Assembly (NCBI GenBank): GCA_035759075.1
Contig: DASTVO010000455.1
Location: 1-40,915 of the forward strand
Source: Actinomycetes bacterium
Lineage (GTDB): Bacteria; Actinomycetota; Actinomycetes; JACCUZ01
Reading direction: 5' to 3'
DNA length: 40,915 nucleotides
The notes beneath the pieces were generated by a model. It saw only the letters and a list, made by a program, of their open reading frames with translations. It was not told where the DNA came from and ran no database searches. The translations under genes were made by a program, and so were the position numbers. This document shows, piece by piece, positions 22,936 to 32,947 of the stretch (position 1 is the stretch's first letter; every line of letters starts with the position of its first letter).

Positions 22936-25306
22936 CGCGGCGGGGTCGCAACCGCAACCGGTCGCCGATCGCCGCCATCCCGGCGTCGATGGCGTCCAGG
23001 CCGTCGGCCGCCTTCTCCGAGATGGCCGTCGACACCGCCCGGGTGGACCGGGGCAGCAGCCGGGCCCGCCAGCGGCCCCAGCGGCCGGCCGACTCCGACA
23101 GGCTGGACCGGACCGCGTCGACGTCGCCCCGCAGGCCGTCGACGTCGCCGGCCATCACCGGCGCGTACCGGGCCCGCTCGATCGCCCCGGCCAGCCGGTG
23201 GGCGGACTCGGCCGTCTCCGCCGGCAGCTTGCGGTCCGCCACCAGCCGGACCACCCCGCCGCGCGGCGGGTCGCTGACCGGCCAGTCGTAGCCGTAGTCG
23301 ACGAGGGTGTCCTGCAGGTCGGCCCACGCCGCCTGCGCCTGCTCGGCCGGCGTGCCCGCCCTCGACCACCGGCGGCGCCGGACCACGGCCCGGGTCAGCG
23401 CCGGCACCGCCGCCAGTGCCAGCAGCCCGAGCCCGATCAGCAGCGGGACGACCGGGACCCGCACCGGACCGGCACCGACCCCGGAGGCGCCGCCCGGGTC
23501 GACGGAGCCGTCCAGCGGGATGTCGAACCGCTCCCGGTTCGGGCTGCCGCCGAGGCCCCGGTTCTCCGACGTCGGGCCCGGGCTCGCGGTCGGGTCCGGA
23601 CGGTCCGGCCCGCCGGCGGCCTCGGCCCGCGCGTACTCCGGGGGGTCGCCGGTCCGCTCGCTCGGCGTCGGCTCGAAGGCCACCCAGCCGACGCCCTCGA
23701 AGTACAGCTCCGGCCAGGAGTGGGCGTCGTGCAGCCCCACGGTCCGACCGCCCACCCCGTCCGGGGTGCCGGCGATGAAGCCGACCGCGACCCGGGCCGG
23801 GATGTCCAGGGTGCGGGCCATCACGGCCATCGTCGAGGCGAAGTGGACGCAGTACCCGGCACCGGAGCGCAGGAACGCCAGGATCGCCTCCGAGCCGTTG
23901 GCGTCCCCGACGGTGTCGGAGACCTCCTCGGAGTAGGTGAAGTCGTCGCCGCGCAGCCAGTCCTGCAGGGCCAGCGCCCGGTCGTAGTCGTTGATCTTGC
24001 TGCCGATCACCTCGCGGGCCGCGACCTCGACCGCGCCGGGCAGGTCGGCGGGCAGCTCGAGATAGCGGTCCATCGACCCGCTCGGATCGCCCGCCTGGCG
24101 CAGCTGCTCGACCGTGGGGCGGACGTCGAGCGCGCGGACGTCGTAGGTCAGCTGCCGGGTGGAGGTGTTCTCCCCGAACACGTTGAAGGTGGACTGGTCG
24201 TAGAGCCAGGTGCCGTCGATGGACACCAGCTGCGTGGGGTAGGGCAGCGGCAGCCAGGTCTGCTCGAGGTCGAGGACCTCGATCCGGTAGTTGCGCCGCT
24301 TGGTCTCGACGTCGGGTCCCAGACCGGGAGGCCGCGCCAGCCCGTCCTCGACGTCGTTGTCCGAGCGTGACACCTCGAGCTCGCTCGGCCGCCACTGCGC
24401 GCCGGTGAACTCGTCGAGCCCGACCAGACGCAGGTACGTGGCGGGGCCGGTGTACTGGATGACCGGTCGGTCCTCGGGCCGGCGCAGGTTCTTGCCCAGG
24501 TCGAGGATCGGGTTGATCACGGAGACCTTGTTGCCGCCGCTGCCGCCGCTGCCGAAGCCGCCGCTGCCGAAGCCGAACCCGGCGGAGCTCAGGTCCGGCA
24601 GCACCGCGGGCACGACCAAGGCCAGGCCGAGGGCGGTGGCGCCGACCCGCCGGCCGACCTGCCCGAGCGGCGCGGTCTCGACCTCGGGCTTCCAGTTCGG
24701 CCGCGGCACCATGTAGCGCATCGGCCGGCCCCACCGGCTGACCCGCTCGCGCGACTCGGCGAGCAGCAGGGCGAGGAAGCCGGTCGCGGCGATCGCGAAG
24801 GCCAGCCAGGACACGCCGTCCGGTGCCAGCGCGGTCGGCACGGTGTAGAGCGCGAGCAGCGGCAGCCCGGCGAGCGCCGCCCGCCGGTAGGTGACCGCGA
24901 GCGTGTCGACGAGCAGCGCGACCGCGCCGATGCCGGCGACGGTGATCAGCTCGATGCCGGGGGAGACGCCGATGGGCGCGGCGTACCGCTGGATGTCGGC
25001 GCGCCCCGAGGCCACCAGGTCCCCGAGCAGGTCCAGCGACCCGAGGGTCGGGACGACCGAGAACCAGGCGGCGTCGTGGCCGTAGCGAACGACCAGGTAC
25101 AGCAGCAGCGCGACCGCGCCGCCGAGCGGCACCATCGCGCGCGACACCGACAGCCGCCGCGCCCCCTCGCTGCCGGCGGCGACCATCGCCACCGCGAACA
25201 CCGACGGGAAGAACCAGGCGCCGGTGAGGAACGTCTGGCCGAGGCAGATGGCCGCGGCCACCGTCGCCAGTGCGGCGAAGACGGGCAGGCGCAGCGATCC
25301 GGGCAT
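22931..25306 (-). CDS. transglutaminase-domain membrane protein (TgpA / DUF3488-type)
   Basis: Track ORF 22931..26086(-), trimmed to the ATG at 25306 (MPGSLRLPVFAALATVAAA...), 5 nt after the upstream stop. It has a multi-TM N-terminal half. The transglutaminase core is seen as GAGYCVHFASTMAV, HSWPELYF and WVAFEPT. Confidence 0.85.
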   Translation of the reverse strand: MPGSLRLPVFAALATVAAAICLGQTFLTGAWFFPSVFAVAMVAAGSEGARRLSVSRAMVPLGGAVALLLYLVVRYGHDAAWFSVVPTLGSLDLLGDLVASGRADIQRYAAPIGVSPGIELITVAGIGAVALLVDTLAVTYRRAALAGLPLLALYTVPTALAPDGVSWLAFAIAATGFLALLLAESRERVSRWGRPMRYMVPRPNWKPEVETAPLGQVGRRVGATALGLALVVPAVLPDLSSAGFGFGSGGFGSGGSGGNKVSVINPILDLGKNLRRPEDRPVIQYTGPATYLRLVGLDEFTGAQWRPSELEVSRSDNDVEDGLARPPGLGPDVETKRRNYRIEVLDLEQTWLPLPYPTQLVSIDGTWLYDQSTFNVFGENTSTRQLTYDVRALDVRPTVEQLRQAGDPSGSMDRYLELPADLPGAVEVAAREVIGSKINDYDRALALQDWLRGDDFTYSEEVSDTVGDANGSEAILAFLRSGAGYCVHFASTMAVMARTLDIPARVAVGFIAGTPDGVGGRTVGLHDAHSWPELYFEGVGWVAFEPTPSERTGDPPEYARAEAAGGPDRPDPTASPGPTSENRGLGGSPNRERFDIPLDGSVDPGGASGVGAGPVRVPVVPLLIGLGLLALAAVPALTRAVVRRRRWSRAGTPAEQAQAAWADLQDTLVDYGYDWPVSDPPRGGVVRLVADRKLPAETAESAHRLAGAIERARYAPVMAGDVDGLRGDVDAVRSSLSESAGRWGRWRARLLPRSTRAVSTAISEKAADGLDAIDAGMAAIGDRLRLRPRRG

Positions 25307-25311
25307 CGTCC

Positions 25312-26621
25312 TCACGACACCTCTCCGACCAGGGCGCCGGTCGGCGGCCGCTGCCCCCGCACGTCGTGGCGGGAGGCGTGCTCCCACAGCTCGGGCAGCG
25401 CGTCGCCGGCGCGGACGGTGATCACCCGCCAGCCGGAGGCCCGCATCAGGGCCACCGAGCCGTCGAAGCCGTTGCCCGCGCGCGAGCGGCCGGAGGACGC
25501 GTAGGTCCACGTCGGGGTGTCCAGCATCACCGCGATCGCCGCGGTCGACCCGTGGCGCAGCCGGGCCAGCAGCCGCGCCTCCTCGGGGTCCACCGACCCG
25601 AGGACCGCGACGAGCAGGCCGTCGCCGCCGCCGCGGCGCAGCGGCGCACCCGCGTCGCGCAGCGTCTCGTTGGTCGAGGAGCCCACCACGGCCAGCGCGT
25701 CCAGCAGGGCGCCCTCGAGGTCGCTGCCGACGCCGCTGGCCTCGTGGGCGGCGCTGGCGACGCTGGCGCCGGTGTCGGTGAGCAGCCGGACGAAGTAGCC
25801 GTGCCGCACCAGGTGCACACCGATCGACGCGGCCGCGGAGACCGCCCACTCGAACGACGACCCCGGGCCCTCGCCGCCGTGGGCCATCGTGCGGGTGTCC
25901 AGCAGCAGCGTGCAGCGGGCCTGCCACGGCTGCTCCTCCCGGCGCACCATCAGCTGGCCGAGCCGGGCCGTCGAGCGCCAGTGCACCCGCCGCAGGTCGT
26001 CGCCCTGGCGGTACTCCCGCGTCCCCGCGTCGTCCTCTCCCGCACTCGCGATCGAGCGGGAGCGGCTCTCCCCGCTGCCGGTCCACTCGCCGGAGAGCTG
26101 CACCACCGGCAGGTTGTGCACCTGCGGGGTGACCACCATGGTGTCGCGGGAGCTGAACGCCCGCACCAGCTCGACCATCCCGAACGGGTCGGTCAGGCGG
26201 ATGGACAACGGGCCGAGCTCATAGCGGCCGCGGACCTCGGAGCGCACGGTGTAGGTCACCTCGCGCCGCCCGCGCGGCTCGACCCGGTCGAGCACGAAGC
26301 GCGGCCGGGACCCCAGCACGTACGGCACCTTGTCCTCGACCAGCATCAGCCCGGTGGGCAGCCGGGAGATGTTGTCCAGGCGCAGGGTCACCGCGCTGTC
26401 CTGGCCGGCGGCGGTACGCGGGGAGCCGAGGCGCCGGCTCGAGGAGAGCCGGTAACGGGTGCGCGAGACGACCAGCGCGCTGACCAGCGGCAGCGCGAGC
26501 AGCAGCACCGCCACGTGCAGCAGGTCCTTCTGCGACGTGGCCGCCGACGCGATGGTCACGGCCACCCCCGCGGCGACGAAGCTGCGTCCTCGCGTCGTGA
26601 GCCCGCGGAGAGCGTCGCGCA

Positions 26622-26622
<1 letters not shown>
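25312..26622 (-). CDS. DUF58 domain protein (module 1)
   Basis: Track ORF 25312..27222(-), trimmed to the GTG at 26622, which overlaps the MoxR TAG by 1 nt. DUF58 signature: TREYRQGDDLRRVHWRSTAR. Confidence 0.85.
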
Positions 26623-27665
<1,043 letters not shown>

Positions 27666-27791
27666 GAGTCCTCCTCGGCTGCTGGCCGGTGCGTCTGCAC
27701 GGGCTCCCCTGTGGAGCGGGAGTCTGTCACCGCAGGCGGTCGGTCGGGACGCTGACCGGTAACGATCTGCCCACGGCTGGTCCTGTCGACC

Positions 27792-28304
27792 TCAGCGTCG
27801 GTGGGCCCCGGTGGCGAGCACCAGGGCGGCCACCGCGGCGCCGAGCCCGACGAGGACCAGTCCCACCGAGGGTACGACGCTGCGGGCGGCTGTGTACGAG
27901 ACCAGCGCAGCCGACCCGACGGCCAGCGCCGCCGGTCCCCAGCGGGACCCGACCGGAGCCCTCAGCACCGGGACCGCCGCCGGCCCGCGGGGGGCCTCGG
28001 CCCGGTCGAGCGCCGCGACCGTCGCCAGCAGCAGCACTGCCGCGGCCAGAACCTGCGCGGGGCGCCACGACGAGGCGTCCAGGACAGCGGCCAGCAGCAC
28101 CGTCAGGGTCACCAGGGCGACGGCCACGGTCCCCGCCACCGGCCACTCGCCGGTCGCGGCCAGCAGGCAGGCCGCCGCGGCGAGGCCGGCCGCTGTGAGC
28201 ACCGGGCGCCCCGGGTCCGGCGGTGCCGAGACCAGCAGCGCACCCCAGCCGGCCAGCACGACCACCCCCTGGTGCAGGGCGCGGGGCACGGACCGCGGCC
28301 TCAC
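27792..28304 (-). CDS. hypothetical multi-pass membrane protein
   Basis: This is the 3' part of track ORF 27792..28697(-). The GTG at 28304 overlaps the DUF58 TGA as GTGA. It has about 4 hydrophobic helices, and no family was recognised. Confidence 0.45.
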   Translation of the reverse strand: MRPRSVPRALHQGVVVLAGWGALLVSAPPDPGRPVLTAAGLAAAACLLAATGEWPVAGTVAVALVTLTVLLAAVLDASSWRPAQVLAAAVLLLATVAALDRAEAPRGPAAVPVLRAPVGSRWGPAALAVGSAALVSYTAARSVVPSVGLVLVGLGAAVAALVLATGAHRR

Positions 28305-29620
28305 GCGCGCACCTCCGGCCGGACGGCCCGCATGGCGTGCAGCAGCGCGCCGGTCAGGTCGCCCTCGCCGTCCCACGGCAGCACCGGCACGCCCAGCGAT
28401 CCGAGCTCGTGCACGAGGGCCTCGCGGTGCATGCGCCAGGCCCGCACCGCGAGCGCCGCCGCCGAGCCGGGGGCGACCACCGGCTCGCTGGTCAGCACGT
28501 CCACGACGAGCGGGGAGAACCCGCGTTCGCGCAGCAGCCGCACCGCGTCCAGCGGCCGGTCGTCGAGCAGCGGCGTGACCACGCAGACGAACGCCCGGTG
28601 CGGCAGCATCTGTCGGGGCAGGTTCTCCAGCCCGTGCTGCACCGCTCCGGCGGCCCGCTCGAACTCGTCCGGGCGCACCGCCATCACCGCCTCGCACAGC
28701 CGGTACAGCTGGCGCGGGCCGGCGGCGGGGGAGAGCCAGCGCAGCGGCCCTCCGAAGGTGACGAGACCGACCCGGTCGTGGCTGCGCAGGTAGGTCTGCG
28801 CCAGGCCGGTGGCGGCCCGCACGGTGAGGTCCAGCGACGAGTGGCCGGGCTCGCCGGAGTCGGTGCTGGTGTCCAGCACCAGGACGAGGTCGAACGCGCG
28901 CTCCGCCGCGTACTGCCGGACGAACAGGTCGCGGTGGCGCGCCGAGGTGCGCCAGTCGATGTCCCGGCGCCGGTCGCCGGGCAGGTACGGCCGCACGCCG
29001 GCGAACTCCACCCCGGACCCGGTGGCCCGGCTGGCGTGCTCCCCGAGCGGGGCGGCGAGCTCGCGGGGTGAGACGGCGCGGGCCAGCGCCGCCGCGGCCG
29101 GGAACACCGTGACCTCGCCGACGTCGACCGCGAGCCGCGCCGCGTACAGCCCACCACCGGCCACGACCGTGAGGTGAGCCGGCCCGACCAGGTGGCGTCC
29201 CCAGCGTCGCGGCACGACACGCCAGCGCACGGTGGTGCCGGCACGGCTGTGGTGTGAGGCGTCGACCGTGCCGTCGTACGTCGCCCCGGTGTGCTCGGGG
29301 AGGAGCAGTGCCGCCTCGACCCGGTCGACCCCTGCGGCGAGCACGTCGAGCTCGAGCACGAGCTCGTCGCCCTCCACGCAGCGTCGCGGGTCCAACCTGG
29401 TCCGGACCGCGGCCGAGCCGGGCAGCCGGGACCGGGGCGAGAGCACCAGCAGCACGAGCGGGGCGACGGCCAGCGCGAGGAGCTCGCCATGGGCGGTGGC
29501 AAAGGCGGCGACGACGGCGAGCACGGCGACCAGGGCGAGGCGGCGCAGCCGGGCGGTCGGCTCGAACCGCAGCTCGACCGTCGCCGGCTCGGTGCGGGTG
29601 GTCCCGGCGGTCCCTGTCAT
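28301..29620 (-). CDS. DUF58 domain protein (module 2)
   Basis: Track ORF 28301..29686(-), trimmed to the ATG at 29620, which overlaps the MoxR stop as ATGA. Signature: VRPYLPGDRRRDIDWRTSAR. Confidence 0.8.
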   Translation of the reverse strand: MTGTAGTTRTEPATVELRFEPTARLRRLALVAVLAVVAAFATAHGELLALAVAPLVLLVLSPRSRLPGSAAVRTRLDPRRCVEGDELVLELDVLAAGVDRVEAALLLPEHTGATYDGTVDASHHSRAGTTVRWRVVPRRWGRHLVGPAHLTVVAGGGLYAARLAVDVGEVTVFPAAAALARAVSPRELAAPLGEHASRATGSGVEFAGVRPYLPGDRRRDIDWRTSARHRDLFVRQYAAERAFDLVLVLDTSTDSGEPGHSSLDLTVRAATGLAQTYLRSHDRVGLVTFGGPLRWLSPAAGPRQLYRLCEAVMAVRPDEFERAAGAVQHGLENLPRQMLPHRAFVCVVTPLLDDRPLDAVRLLRERGFSPLVVDVLTSEPVVAPGSAAALAVRAWRMHREALVHELGSLGVPVLPWDGEGDLTGALLHAMRAVRPEVRA

Positions 29621-30570
29621 CGCGGGGTGGGCACCGTGGCGAGGATCTCGGAGACCACGTCGCCGCCGGTCACCCGGCGGACCCACAGCTCGGGGCGCAG
29701 GCTGAGCCGGTGCGCCAGCGCGGGGACGGCGACCGCCTTGACGTCCTCGGGCGTGACGTAGTCGCGGCGGTCCAGAACTGCCTGGCCGCGGGCGAGCGCC
29801 ACCAGCGCCAGCCCGCCACGAGGGCTGGCGCCGAGGGTGACCTGCGGATGGTTGCGGGTCGCGTCGACGAGCTCGACGACGTAGCGCAGGATCGGCGCCT
29901 CGACCTGCACCGTCTCCAGGCTGTCCCGCATCGCGAGGAGGGTCGCGGCGTCCACGACCGGCGAGAGCGGCGGCGGCGTCCAGCCGTTGTCCAGCCGGCG
30001 GCGCAGCAGCTCCTGCTCGTCGTCCAGGCCGAGGTAGCCGAGCGAGACGCGCAGCAGGAAGCGGTCCAGCTGCGCCTCGGGCAGGGAGTACGTGCCCTCG
30101 TACTCGATCGGGTTGTCGGTCGCGAGCACCACGAACGGCTGCGGCAGCGGCCGGGTCTCCCCGTCGCTGGACACCTGCTCCTCCGCCATCGCCTCGAGCA
30201 GCGCCGCCTGGGTCTTCGGCGGGGTCCGGTTGATCTCGTCGGCGAGCAGCAGCTGGGTGAACACCGGACCGGGCCGGAAGAGGAAACCGTTGGTGGCCGG
30301 GTCGAAGACCGACACCCCGGTCAGGTCGGCGGGCAGCAGGTCCGGGGTGAACTGGACCCGGTGGAACGTGAGGCCGAGGGCCTCGGAGAACGACCGGGCC
30401 ATCATCGTCTTGCCCAGCCCGGGGACGTCCTCCAGCAGCACGTGGCCACGGCCGAGGACGCCGAGCAGCACCAGCTCGAGCGCCCGGCGGCGCCCGACGA
30501 CCACGGTCTCGATCTCGTCGAGCACCTGGCCCGCCAGCGTCGCGGTCTCGCGCGTGGTGAGCGTCGGCAT
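29617..30570 (-). CDS. MoxR-family AAA+ ATPase (module 2)
   Basis: Track ORF 29617..30681(-), trimmed to the ATG at 30570 (MPTLTTRETATLAG...). Walker A is LLEDVPGLGKT and Walker B is LLADEINRTPPKTQAALLEAMAE. Confidence 0.9.
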   Translation of the reverse strand: MPTLTTRETATLAGQVLDEIETVVVGRRRALELVLLGVLGRGHVLLEDVPGLGKTMMARSFSEALGLTFHRVQFTPDLLPADLTGVSVFDPATNGFLFRPGPVFTQLLLADEINRTPPKTQAALLEAMAEEQVSSDGETRPLPQPFVVLATDNPIEYEGTYSLPEAQLDRFLLRVSLGYLGLDDEQELLRRRLDNGWTPPPLSPVVDAATLLAMRDSLETVQVEAPILRYVVELVDATRNHPQVTLGASPRGGLALVALARGQAVLDRRDYVTPEDVKAVAVPALAHRLSLRPELWVRRVTGGDVVSEILATVPTPR

Positions 30571-30575
30571 GGTCG

Positions 30576-31142
30576 TCACAGGTGCTCCAGTCGGTCGATG
30601 ATGCGGGTCAGGGTCTCCCGCGGGACGCCGGGCGGCTGGCTGTCGCGGGAGGGCTCGCGGGCCGGGTCGACCCACGGCCACACGTCCTCGCCGACCAGCG
30701 CCCGAGCCGCATCGGGGTCCGCGTACAGGTCGACCCGGTGCCGGTCGGCGAGCCGGGACGCGGCCAGCCGGGTCAGCAGCGGGCGGGTCGCCAGGTCGTA
30801 GTGGCGGCGAGACACGGCTGCCCAGGACAGCTGCTCGGCCACCTCCCGGTAGGCACGGAACGGGGCGTTGTCCACCGCGAGCCCGGGCCGGGCGGTCCGG
30901 CGGGACCGCGGCGGCGCCGGCACGCGCAGCGCCAGCACGAGTGCGGCGACACCGGCCAGGACCGAGACCGCGACCAGCAGCCCGGCCGGACCGGCGGCCA
31001 GGGTGGCGGCGAGCAGGACGAGCACCGAGACCGCCGCGACCAGCCGGAGCGCGGTGCTGCGCCCGCCGGTCTCCTCGTCGGGGTCCGCGTCGGGGCGGTA
31101 GAGCCCGAACGGGTCGTGGTCGAGCCGGTCCCGGTCAGCCAC
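30576..31142 (-). CDS. hypothetical membrane protein (two TM helices, cytoplasmic C-terminal domain)
   Basis: 188-aa ORF. Its GTG at 31142 overlaps the upstream stop by 8 nt, and its stop lies 5 nt before the MoxR-2 start. No family was recognised. Confidence 0.5.
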   Translation of the reverse strand: MADRDRLDHDPFGLYRPDADPDEETGGRSTALRLVAAVSVLVLLAATLAAGPAGLLVAVSVLAGVAALVLALRVPAPPRSRRTARPGLAVDNAPFRAYREVAEQLSWAAVSRRHYDLATRPLLTRLAASRLADRHRVDLYADPDAARALVGEDVWPWVDPAREPSRDSQPPGVPRETLTRIIDRLEHL

Positions 31143-32040
31143 GGCGGGCCGCCAGCCCGTCCCGGACGTGCAGGAGTGCCTGCTCCGCCGCGCGCCGGTG
31201 CTCCGCGCCCATCGGGTGCCGGCTGAACCGTGCCTCCCGGAACAGCCCGGTCAGCGCGGCCGCCGGCCCCTCGGCGACCAGACCCGCCGAGACGGCCCGG
31301 TCCAGCAGCTCGGTGGGGGTGTCGGAGGCCGGCGCCGGCCCGCCGCTGCGGGCGAGGCCGTCGGTGATCCGGGCCGCCATCGCCGCGTACGCGGCGACGA
31401 TCGCTGCCCGGGCGTCCCCGCTGGTGGCGAGCCCGACCTCGGCGGCCGCCACGGCCGCGGCCAGCTCGCCCACGTCCGGGGGCACGCCCGGCTCCTCGTC
31501 GTCGGGGACCGCCCGGTCGCGCCGCAGGCTCACCAGCCGGGCCACGACGGCTGCCACCAGCAGCACCGCGGCCACCTCCACCACGGTCCACCACGAGGCG
31601 AGCGACCCCCGGGCCGGCCCGTCCTGCTCGGGCGGTTCCTGCGGGGGTGGGGGCTCCGCGTCCGGCGACGCGCCCGACACCGCATCCACCACCAGCACCC
31701 CCGCGGCCACCGCGGCCAGGACCACCAGCACCAGCAGCACCCGCAGCAGGACGGGGAACCGCTCGCCCGGCGGCTCGTGCCGGGACGGCGCCGGCACCCG
31801 GCGGCGCCTGCCGCGGCGCAGCCGGCGCAGCAGCGTCCGCGCCGCTGCGGCGAGGACGAGCAGCAGCACCGAGCCGGCCAGGACGCGGGCCCACCGCACC
31901 TGCACCGGGTCGGCGAGCGCCTCCCAGTCCAAGCCGTGCCGGGCCTGCAGACCCAGGGCCGCAGCGGCGACGAGCCCGACGACGACCACCGCGCGCAGCA
32001 CGGGGTCGGGACCGCGCCCCGAGTCGTCCACGGGCCTCAT
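31135..32040 (-). CDS. DUF4129-like membrane protein
   Basis: Track ORF 31135..32421(-), trimmed to the ATG at 32040 (MRPVDDSG...). It has several TM helices and a C-terminal ...TGLFREARFSRHPMG... resembling the DUF4129 signature (from memory). Confidence 0.6.
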   Translation of the reverse strand: MRPVDDSGRGPDPVLRAVVVVGLVAAAALGLQARHGLDWEALADPVQVRWARVLAGSVLLLVLAAAARTLLRRLRRGRRRRVPAPSRHEPPGERFPVLLRVLLVLVVLAAVAAGVLVVDAVSGASPDAEPPPPQEPPEQDGPARGSLASWWTVVEVAAVLLVAAVVARLVSLRRDRAVPDDEEPGVPPDVGELAAAVAAAEVGLATSGDARAAIVAAYAAMAARITDGLARSGGPAPASDTPTELLDRAVSAGLVAEGPAAALTGLFREARFSRHPMGAEHRRAAEQALLHVRDGLAARRG

Positions 32041-32177
32041 CCAACCCTGCGCGGGGCCGCGCCGGGCCGCCGGCCGGCGCGCTGTGGCCGACCCGTGACC
32101 GACGCGCGGCCGGCGGCCTCGGCCAGGCGGCGAGGGGCGGCGGTGGAGAACACGTGCACCCGATCGAGTGGAATCGG

Positions 32178-32205
32178 TTGACGGTGGGGCTTGGTGGAGT
32201 AGAGT
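32178..32205 (+). promoter_or_regulatory. candidate mraZ/dcw promoter (-35 TTGACG, -10 TAGAGT)
   Basis: TTGACG at 32178-32183, a 16-nt spacer, then TAGAGT at 32200-32205. It lies about 55 nt upstream of the proposed mraZ start. Confidence 0.45.
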
Positions 32206-32217
32206 GGCGCGCAGTGG
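32184..32217 (+). promoter_or_regulatory. four GTGG boxes with exact 10-bp phasing (candidate MraZ operator)
   Basis: GTGG starts at 32184, 32194, 32204 and 32214. Further GTGG(G) copies occur at 32168, 32240, 32248 and 32258. Confidence 0.6.
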
Positions 32218-32257
32218 GGGAGCAGGTCGTCGCAGTGCCGTGGGGAGGTGGGTCGAT

Positions 32258-32755
32258 GTGGGGCAGGACGTCGCCGACGGCGGTCCGCCGGTCGCTGCCG
32301 GTGGGGCTGACCACGTCGTCCCGGCGTTCCTGGGCACCCACCACCCGCGCATGGACGACAAGGGCCGGCTCTTCCTGCCGGCCAAGTTCCGCGAGCCGCT
32401 CGCGGGCGGGCTCGTGATCACCCGCGGGCAGGAGCGCTGCCTCTACGTCTTCCCGGACGCGGAGTTCGCCCGGCTGTACGCCCAGATGCGCCAGGCACCG
32501 GTCACCAGCAAGGCGGCCCGTGACTACCAGCGCGTCTTCCTCTCCGGCGCGTCGAACGAGACCCCCGACAAGCAGGGCCGGGTGACGATCCCGCCGCCGC
32601 TGCGGGAGTACGCCGGGCTCACCAAGGACTGCGTCGTCATCGGCGCCGGTGCCCGCGTCGAGGTCTGGGACTCCACCGCCTGGGCGACCTACCTCACCGA
32701 GCAGGAGGGCGCGTTCGCCGACCTGTCCGAGGAGGTGCTGCCCGGACTGATCTAG
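32258..32755 (+). CDS. mraZ: transcriptional regulator MraZ
   Basis: This is the 3' part of track ORF 32168..32755(+). [22 protein letters not shown] and [15 protein letters not shown] are the two MraZ/SpoVT-AbrB repeats. The codon before FLG is GCG rather than ATG, so the start is placed at the GTG at 32258, which has a GGGGAGG Shine-Dalgarno 9 nt upstream. Confidence 0.85.
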   Translation: MGQDVADGGPPVAAGGADHVVPAFLGTHHPRMDDKGRLFLPAKFREPLAGGLVITRGQERCLYVFPDAEFARLYAQMRQAPVTSKAARDYQRVFLSGASNETPDKQGRVTIPPPLREYAGLTKDCVVIGAGARVEVWDSTAWATYLTEQEGAFADLSEEVLPGLI

Positions 32756-32784
32756 CGACCGGTCGAGCCTCCCGGCGTACGGCG

Positions 32785-32860
32785 AGGTCTCCACCCGCTC
32801 CGCGACGCTGGCGCCCCTTCCCCGGCGCCAGACCCGCACTTCCCGAGCGGTTGGAGACCT
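32785..32860 (+). other. 76-nt rod-like RNA secondary-structure element in the mraZ-rsmH spacer
   Basis: The outer helix pairs 32785-32800 with 32845-32860 (15 bp plus one C/U mismatch). The inner hairpin is CTGGCGCC (32808-32815) with GGCGCCAG (32824-32831), an 8-bp stem and 8-nt loop. No U-tract follows. Confidence 0.5.
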
Positions 32861-32947
32861 GGCAGCACGGCGGACCTCCTCCACCGCCCCCCACCCGCGC
32901 ACCACCGCCACGAACCACCCGCACCGCACGTTCCATGAAGGGTCGAG

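Noticed and set aside
25307-26086. N-terminal 260-aa extension of the TgpA ORF. The same kind of extension occurs on the ORFs of DUF58-1, DUF58-2, MoxR-2, DUF4129-like, CrtA-like, GDPD, rsmH, ftsI, murE and mraY.
   Set aside because: The extensions overlap the upstream gene in another frame and are low-complexity. In every case an internal start codon sits at or within a few nt of the upstream stop (ATGA/GTGA/TTGA couplings), and family-typical N-termini begin there.
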